Of a stretch of 64,000 bases of DNA, positions 58,341 to 64,000 are shown piece by piece. Made by a program: the position numbers and the translations under genes. How positions within the stretch are numbered: the first letter of the stretch is position 1; each line of letters begins with the position of its first letter. The stretch is from an uncultured delta proteobacterium (GTDB lineage Bacteria > Myxococcota_A > UBA9160 > UBA4427), in assembly GCA_963822965.1 (NCBI GenBank), contig CAWGJT010000006.1:320001-384000 (forward strand), read 5' to 3'. Below the pieces are notes generated by a model. The model did no database searches. It worked only from the letters and a program-made list of their open reading frames with translations, and was not told where the DNA came from.

Positions 58341-59825
58341 ATGTGGCTCGAGCTCGACGGAGCGGGTCCGCTCTACCGGCAGACCTATCGAGCTCTGCGG
58401 GACCGGATCCTCGACGGCGCGCTGCCGCCGGGCAGCCGACTTCCCGCCACGCGCGATCTCGCGCGCGAGCTCGGGCTCTCGCGCAACACGGTGATCGAGG
58501 CCTACCGCCAGCTCGTCGACGAGGGGTACGCGCAGGCGCGCATCGGGGCCGGCACCCGGGTGGCCTCGGCCCTGCCCGAGACGCGGACGACCGTCGATCG
58601 AGCACACGAGCCGGGCGCCGCGCCGGCGGCGCCCGCGGTGCCCCGGCTCTCCCGGGAGGGACGACGCGGCCTCGCCGCGAGCCCCCGCGGTGGGCTCTCG
58701 TGGGCCCTGCCGCGACGCAGCCTGGAGTACGACTTTCGCTATGGCGAGCCCGCCTTCGGCGACCTGCCCCTCGCCACCTGGCAACGGCTGGTGGTGCGAC
58801 ACCTTCGTCGTGCTTCGGCTCGGCGTCTCGCCTACACGCCGCCGGGCGGCGCGCCCGAGCTGCGCCGCGCGTTGGCCGACCATCTGGCCCGCGCGCGCGG
58901 CGTGCGCTGCGCGCCCGAGCAGGTGGTCGTCACCCGCGGCACCCAGCAGGCGATCGATCTCGTGGCCCGGGTGCTCGTGGATCCCGACGATCGCGTGGCG
59001 ATCGAGGAGCCCCACTACTCGGGAATCTCGCTGCGCCTCGCGGCCGCGGGCGCCCGACTCGTTCCGATCCCCGTGGACGAGGCGGGGATGGTGGTCTCCC
59101 GACTCGAGCGCGAGAGCGACCTCACCGGCGTATGCGTCACACCGTCGCACCAGTTCCCGACGGGCGGCATCCTGCCGCTGGCGCGGCGCGCCGCGTTGCT
59201 GGAGCGCGCGGCACGATCGAACGCCTTCGTCCTCGAGGACGACTACGACAGCGAGTTTCGCTACGACGGGCGTCCCATCGAGTGTCTGCAGGGGCTCGAC
59301 CGGAGCGGTCGCGTCCTCTACGCGGGGAGCACCTCGAAGCTGCTCTTCCCTTCGCTCCGGATCGGCTGGCTCGTGCTCCCCGTGCCCCTCGTACCGGCCT
59401 TCGAGACCGCGCAGGCCCTGGCCGACACGGGAAGCGCCACCCTCGAGCAGCTGGCCCTGGCGAGCCTGATCGAGGAGGGCGGCCTCGAACGGCACGTTCG
59501 GCGGATGCGCGTACGCAACGGCCAGCGACGGGCGGCGCTGCTCGACGCGTTGACCGGCGAGCTCGGAAGCGAAGCCCGCATCGGCGGTGCAAACGCCGGG
59601 CTCCACGTGCTGCTGGAGCTGCCGGGGATGCCCGCGCAGCAGGCTCCCGCCCTGCGCCGGCGTTGCGAGGCACGCGACGTCGGGCTCTATCCGGCCGCGC
59701 CCTACTATCTGTCGCCTCCGGCGCACGCGAGCTTCGTGCTGGGCTATGCGTCCCTGGACGAGACGCGCATCCGCGAGGGGGTGCGGCGGATCGCCGCCGC
59801 ACTCCGGGAGCCGGACGGCCCCTGA
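58341..59825 (+). CDS. MocR/GabR-family regulator (GntR HTH + PLP aminotransferase-like domain)
   Basis: LPATRDLARELGLSRNTV..EGY, TPSHQFPTG, EDDYDSEF, STSK..P.LRIG. Confidence 0.94.
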   Translation: MWLELDGAGPLYRQTYRALRDRILDGALPPGSRLPATRDLARELGLSRNTVIEAYRQLVDEGYAQARIGAGTRVASALPETRTTVDRAHEPGAAPAAPAVPRLSREGRRGLAASPRGGLSWALPRRSLEYDFRYGEPAFGDLPLATWQRLVVRHLRRASARRLAYTPPGGAPELRRALADHLARARGVRCAPEQVVVTRGTQQAIDLVARVLVDPDDRVAIEEPHYSGISLRLAAAGARLVPIPVDEAGMVVSRLERESDLTGVCVTPSHQFPTGGILPLARRAALLERAARSNAFVLEDDYDSEFRYDGRPIECLQGLDRSGRVLYAGSTSKLLFPSLRIGWLVLPVPLVPAFETAQALADTGSATLEQLALASLIEEGGLERHVRRMRVRNGQRRAALLDALTGELGSEARIGGANAGLHVLLELPGMPAQQAPALRRRCEARDVGLYPAAPYYLSPPAHASFVLGYASLDETRIREGVRRIAAALREPDGP

Positions 59826-59838
59826 GCCGGGTCTCGCG

Positions 59839-60702
59839 TCAGGCGCCCCCCGCGGCGGATCCCGTCCGGCCCTCCGATTCCGCCCGGGAAAGCGGCTCGA
59901 TTCCCGCCCGCCGGGCGGCCTCCAGGGCCAGGGGAAGATCGTCCACGAGCACGAAGTCCACGCCGAGCGCGAAGAGCTCGTGCAGGTCGTCGGCCCCGAC
60001 GCCCGGCGCGCAGAAGAAGTTCACCCGCAGCCCCGCACGGTGAACCCGTTCCGCGAGCGCGGGCTCGACCGGCCCACGTGCGTAGTGGAACTGGATGAAG
60101 TCCGAGCCCGTCGCGATGGCGTGGTCGACGTAGCGGGCCCGGGACCGTTGCCGCGCGAGGTTGCAGAGGAGCAGGTCCGGGTGGACGCTTCGGGCCCGCT
60201 GCCCGGCGTCGTTGCCGCAGGCGATCACCACCTGGCGGGCGCGCCCGCTGTCCACCACGAGGCGAGCCACCTCCTCCGCGATCGGCTCGCCCCGCTTGAT
60301 CTGCAGGTTGATCCAGAGGTCGTCCGGCATCACGGCCAGCGCCTCTTCCAGTGTCGGAATGCGCTCGTTTCGGTGACGAATGCTTCCGCGGCCGCCGGCG
60401 TCGAGGCGGCGCAGCTCTACCAGCGAGAGGTCGCACACGTTGCCCCGGCCGTCGGTGGTGCGGTCCACGCTGGCGTCGTGGATCACGACGAGCGCGCCGT
60501 CGGACGAGCGCCGGGTGTCGAACTCGATCTGGTGCACCCCGAGCGCCGCAGCGTGGCGAAACGCGGCGAGGGTGTTCTCCGGCCCGCTCGCCGCGCCACC
60601 CCGGTGCGCGCACACACCCCGGTCCGGCAGGGCGACCCGCGTGGTCGCCGGGACCGAGCCCGCGAGAGATGCGTCCCCCCCAGCGCAATCACTCGTCGAC
60701 AT
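59839..60702 (-). CDS. glycerophosphodiester phosphodiesterase family protein
   Basis: AHRGG..PENTLAAF, IEFD..SSDG.LVVIHD..VDRTT, IPTLEE. Confidence 0.9.
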   Translation of the reverse strand: MSTSDCAGGDASLAGSVPATTRVALPDRGVCAHRGGAASGPENTLAAFRHAAALGVHQIEFDTRRSSDGALVVIHDASVDRTTDGRGNVCDLSLVELRRLDAGGRGSIRHRNERIPTLEEALAVMPDDLWINLQIKRGEPIAEEVARLVVDSGRARQVVIACGNDAGQRARSVHPDLLLCNLARQRSRARYVDHAIATGSDFIQFHYARGPVEPALAERVHRAGLRVNFFCAPGVGADDLHELFALGVDFVLVDDLPLALEAARRAGIEPLSRAESEGRTGSAAGGA

Positions 60703-60759
60703 GCGGCGGAGTCTATCACCCGCTTGCCCGGGTCGCGGGAGGCGCGGCATGCTACGGCC

Positions 60760-62043
60760 ATGTCGCTGGGCTCCCGCCTCCCCTCCGAAGACCCCGGCCC
60801 CGCCCCCCCCGGCGACGTCCCGAACGGCCGCGGGAAAGCCCGCGTGCTGCCCGACGCCCGGCGCGTCGCCGCGGCACGCGCCGCGCCGGTGAAGGGACCG
60901 CGCATCCTCTTCCTGAGCGGGGGCACCGCCCTGCGCGACCTGTCCCGCAGCCTCACCGACTACACGCACAACTCGATCCACCTGGTCACGCCCTTCGACT
61001 CGGGCGGAAGCTCGGCGCCCCTGCGCGCAGCCTTCGGGATGCTGGCGGTGGGCGACCTGCGCAACCGGCTGCTCGCCCTGGCGCCGCGACCGGGGATGGA
61101 TCCCAACGGCCTGCACGCGCTGCTGTCGGCGCGGCTCGCGCGGGCGGCGCCGCGCGAAGCGCTCTACGCCGAGCTGAAGCGACTCGCGAGCGGCGGCGAT
61201 CGGCGACTCGCGCGCATCTCCGAGAACGCGCGCCGTCTCGTGACGGAGGAGATCGGGCGCTTCCTGCGGCTGGCACCCGACGACTTCGATCTGCGCGGCG
61301 CCAGCATCGGCAACCTGGTCCTGACCGGGCTCTATCTCGACGGCCGGGACATCCACGCCGCGCTGTCGCACCTGGCGGCCCTGCTCGGCGCCCGCGGCCG
61401 GGTGATTCCCACGCTGGACGCGAACCTGCACCTGGCCGCGCGACTGGCCGACGGGACGCGGGTGGTCGGCCAGCACCGCATGACCGGCAAGGAGCACCCG
61501 CCCCTGGCGTCCCCGGTCGAGGAGCTCTCCCTCGTCGAGAGCCTCGACGAGTCGGTGGCTCCGCTCTCGTCGCGGCCCGCCATCGGCCCCGAGGTCGCCC
61601 GGCTCATCCGCGACGCCGACCTGATCTGCTACCCGATGGGCAGCTTCTACACCAGCGTGCTGTGCAACCTGCTGCCGGCCGGGATGGGCCGCGCCATCGC
61701 GTCCGCTCCCTGTCCCAAGGTCTACGTGCCGAGCATGGGGGTCGACCGCGAGCTCGTGGGCGTCGAGCCCGGCCAGACCGCCGGGCTGCTGCTCGACGCC
61801 CTGCGTGCAGACGCGGGCCCCGACACGCCCGTGGACCGCCTCCTGAACGCGGTTCTGCTCGACCCGGACTCCACGTGCTATGCCCTGCGCCCCGACACGG
61901 CGCGCATCGAGCGGTCGGGTGTCGAGGCGCTGACGACCCCCCTCGCCGCGAGGCCGGGCCGACCCCGCGCCGAGCCCACCCGGCTGGCGGAGATCCTGGT
62001 CTCGCTCGCGCGCCCGCCCGAAGGAGACGGAGCCCGCCGATGA
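60760..62043 (+). CDS. CofD/YvcK (UPF0052) family protein, resembling the GAK-system CofD-like protein
   Basis: GPRILFLSGGTAL..YTHNSIHLVTPFDSGGSS..GDLRNRL, ADLICYPMGSFYTS. Confidence 0.8.
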   Translation: MSLGSRLPSEDPGPAPPGDVPNGRGKARVLPDARRVAAARAAPVKGPRILFLSGGTALRDLSRSLTDYTHNSIHLVTPFDSGGSSAPLRAAFGMLAVGDLRNRLLALAPRPGMDPNGLHALLSARLARAAPREALYAELKRLASGGDRRLARISENARRLVTEEIGRFLRLAPDDFDLRGASIGNLVLTGLYLDGRDIHAALSHLAALLGARGRVIPTLDANLHLAARLADGTRVVGQHRMTGKEHPPLASPVEELSLVESLDESVAPLSSRPAIGPEVARLIRDADLICYPMGSFYTSVLCNLLPAGMGRAIASAPCPKVYVPSMGVDRELVGVEPGQTAGLLLDALRADAGPDTPVDRLLNAVLLDPDSTCYALRPDTARIERSGVEALTTPLAARPGRPRAEPTRLAEILVSLARPPEGDGARR

Positions 62044-62747
62044 GCGAGACCAAGCGACCCGCGATCCAGGCCCACTGGGACGCCACCAAGACCACCGGCA
62101 GCGACATGTGGGAGCAGAAGCGACGCCTGGCCGCCGCGATGCGCCTCGTCATCGAGCGTCTCGTGCCGAGCAACGCCCCGGTGGACGAGCTCCGCCGGGC
62201 CGCCGAGGGGCTGGAGCGCTACGCCGAGGCCCTGCAGGCGCATCCGCGGCTGGTCCGCGTCCACGGCCACGCCGAATCCGCCACCGCCGGAGACGTCGGT
62301 GCGTTCTTCGACCAGAGCCCGCTCATCGGTCTCGCGAATCCCCTGGCGCCTCCGCTCACCATCGGCAGGACGGGCGAGAAGACCGCGGCCGCCTCCGTCG
62401 TCTTCGGCTCCGCCTACGAGGGACCGCCCGGCTCGGTACACGGCGGGTTCGTCGCTGCGGCCTTCGACGAGGTGCTGGGCTACGTGCAGTCCCTGTCCGG
62501 CGCGCCGGGCATGACGGGAACCCTGACGGTGCGTTACCGGAAGCCCACCCCGCTGCACCGGGAGCTGCTCTTCGAAGCCGAGCTCGTGCGCGTCGAGGGA
62601 CGCAAGATCTTCACCGCCGCCACCGTCCGGGCGGACGGCGAGCCGACCGCCGAGGCCGAGGCGATCTTCGTCTCGGTGCGCCCCGGGCGCATGGAGGAGC
62701 TGATGGCGCGGCGCGACGCCTGGGAGGCCGAGCAGGACCCCCGTTGA
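62040..62747 (+). CDS. PaaI/hotdog-fold thioesterase
   Basis: NPLAPP, YEGPPGSVHGG..FDE.LG, LTVRYRKPTPL. Confidence 0.9.
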   Translation: MSETKRPAIQAHWDATKTTGSDMWEQKRRLAAAMRLVIERLVPSNAPVDELRRAAEGLERYAEALQAHPRLVRVHGHAESATAGDVGAFFDQSPLIGLANPLAPPLTIGRTGEKTAAASVVFGSAYEGPPGSVHGGFVAAAFDEVLGYVQSLSGAPGMTGTLTVRYRKPTPLHRELLFEAELVRVEGRKIFTAATVRADGEPTAEAEAIFVSVRPGRMEELMARRDAWEAEQDPR

Positions 62748-62763
62748 GCGGCCGGCAGGCGCG

Positions 62764-63486
62764 TCAGCCGATGATGACGTCCGGCGGTGCGGACAGCAGG
62801 TAGCGGAGCGCAGGCCGGTCCAGGAAGCGTTCCTCGTCGGCGGGAATCCGCTCCCGATAGCGGGGCTCGCGGGTCATCGCCTGGAAGTCGGCGAGCGACG
62901 CGTACCACTGCTCCGCGAGACCGTCGAACCCGCCACCGGACTCCCGGGCGTAGTCCCCCTCGAGCCGATGGCTCTGGTGGTAGGCAATCACGTGGCGTGC
63001 GATTTCCGGCTCGCCCGCGAAGAGCGCCGCGTGGGGCCCTCGCCAGTGCGCATGGAAGTCGGCGGGCGAGAGGTCGGCGCGGCGCTTCAGCAGACACAGC
63101 AGCTTCACCTTGGCGTCCTGCCTCTGCGCGCCGCCGTCGATCACGACCTCGTCGTCCTCGCTGAAGATGAGCGTGATGCTGCGGCGGTCGATGAAGCGCG
63201 CCTCGTCCGGTGCGATGCGCTCCGCGTACATCGGATCGCGGACGAAGCCGAGGAAGCTCTCCATGGATTCGAGCCACTGCACGGTGGCACCGTCGAAGCC
63301 GGGCTCGCCCTCCGGGTCGCGCGCGTAGTCCTCCGGCAGCCGGTGGTTCTGCTCGTAGCGCACGATGAATCGCGCCAGCTCCGGCGTGTTCGCGATCAGC
63401 GGACCGTGGCTGTTCAGCCAGTGGTCGTGGAACGCCTCCGCGCTCATGCCGGGCTTGCGGCGGAAGAAGCAGACGAGCTTGATCAT
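62764..63486 (-). CDS. tandem EthD-domain protein
   Basis: Two K(L)..RK/RR..S..FH.HW..H..Y.Q.H..FDG..QW..DE.RF.DR repeats. Confidence 0.88.
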   Translation of the reverse strand: MIKLVCFFRRKPGMSAEAFHDHWLNSHGPLIANTPELARFIVRYEQNHRLPEDYARDPEGEPGFDGATVQWLESMESFLGFVRDPMYAERIAPDEARFIDRRSITLIFSEDDEVVIDGGAQRQDAKVKLLCLLKRRADLSPADFHAHWRGPHAALFAGEPEIARHVIAYHQSHRLEGDYARESGGGFDGLAEQWYASLADFQAMTREPRYRERIPADEERFLDRPALRYLLSAPPDVIIG

Positions 63487-63523
63487 TCCATCTCCTGGAG
63501 CGGGGTTCGATTCCGAAGCGGAG

Positions 63524-64000
63524 TCACGACCCCAGCGCGCGGGTCACGATCTCGTACACGTCGTTCGAGAGCGGCTTGCAGGCCGCAATCCGCTCGAGCT
63601 CGGCCTTCATCCGCTGCTGGCGCGCCGGATCGAAGCGGCGCCAGTCGTTCAGGCTCGAGGCCATTCGGGCCGCGAGCTGGGGGTTGCCGTCGAGGGCGAT
63701 CACCATGTCGGCCAGGAAGCGGTAGCCCGCCCCGTCCGCGCGGTGGAAGCGTACCTGGTTGGCCCCGCAGAACACGCCGACCAGGGAGCGCACCCGGTTC
63801 GGATTGCCCAGCCGGAAGTCCGGGTGTTGCGAGAGGGCGACCACGCGCTCGGCCGTGTCCTCGCGCTTCGACAGGGCCTGCACGCTGAACCACTTGTCGA
63901 GCACGAGCGGGTCGTGGCGCCAGCGTTCGTAGAACCGGGCGAGCGCAGCCTCGCGCTCGGGCACCTCCGCGTCGGCGAGCAGCGCGAGCGCCGCCTGGCA
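63524..64000 (-). CDS. pepN: aminopeptidase N, C-terminal part (gene extends beyond window)
   Basis: DPLVLDKWFSVQA, HPDF..NPNRVRSL, FHRADGAGYRFLAD, NPQLAAR, LSNDVYEI. Confidence 0.92.
   Translation of the reverse strand, partial: CQAALALLADAEVPEREAALARFYERWRHDPLVLDKWFSVQALSKREDTAERVVALSQHPDFRLGNPNRVRSLVGVFCGANQVRFHRADGAGYRFLADMVIALDGNPQLAARMASSLNDWRRFDPARQQRMKAELERIAACKPLSNDVYEIVTRALGS

Noticed and set aside
60760..62043. True F420 biosynthesis CofD/FbiA
   Set aside because: Motifs fit the YvcK/GAK branch, and no cofC/E/G/H neighbours are present

Overview
Very GC-rich bacterial chromosomal window; gene content (DUF4388-like and PilZ proteins, Cys-insert ferrochelatase) suggests Myxococcota, which is an inference. 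It is mostly metabolic and housekeeping: partial rlmB-like methylase, tRNA-Leu(TAA), tRNA-Cys, crcB, a membrane-arm-less nuoB/I/C/D cluster interleaved with a lipoyl E2 and lipB, pcs-hemH, hemE-hemY, a paired acyl-CoA dehydrogenase, ispH, clpS-clpA, lpdA-lipA, tupABC, aceEF (aceE frameshifted), many lipid/xenobiotic enzymes, a frameshifted GST and partial pepN. No integrase, transposase, phage or cas genes were seen. The most unusual signals are: (i) a ~212-bp CTAG-bounded, strongly foldable non-coding element in three full copies plus one short derivative; (ii) a 10 x 41-bp hairpin tandem array behind tRNA-Cys; (iii) the nuoBICD + E2 + lipB arrangement; (iv) a recurring TAnnnT-N6-start leaderless-promoter pattern; (v) several unusual domain fusions. 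Start codons were chosen by eye, and product calls rest on recognised motifs, not database searches.
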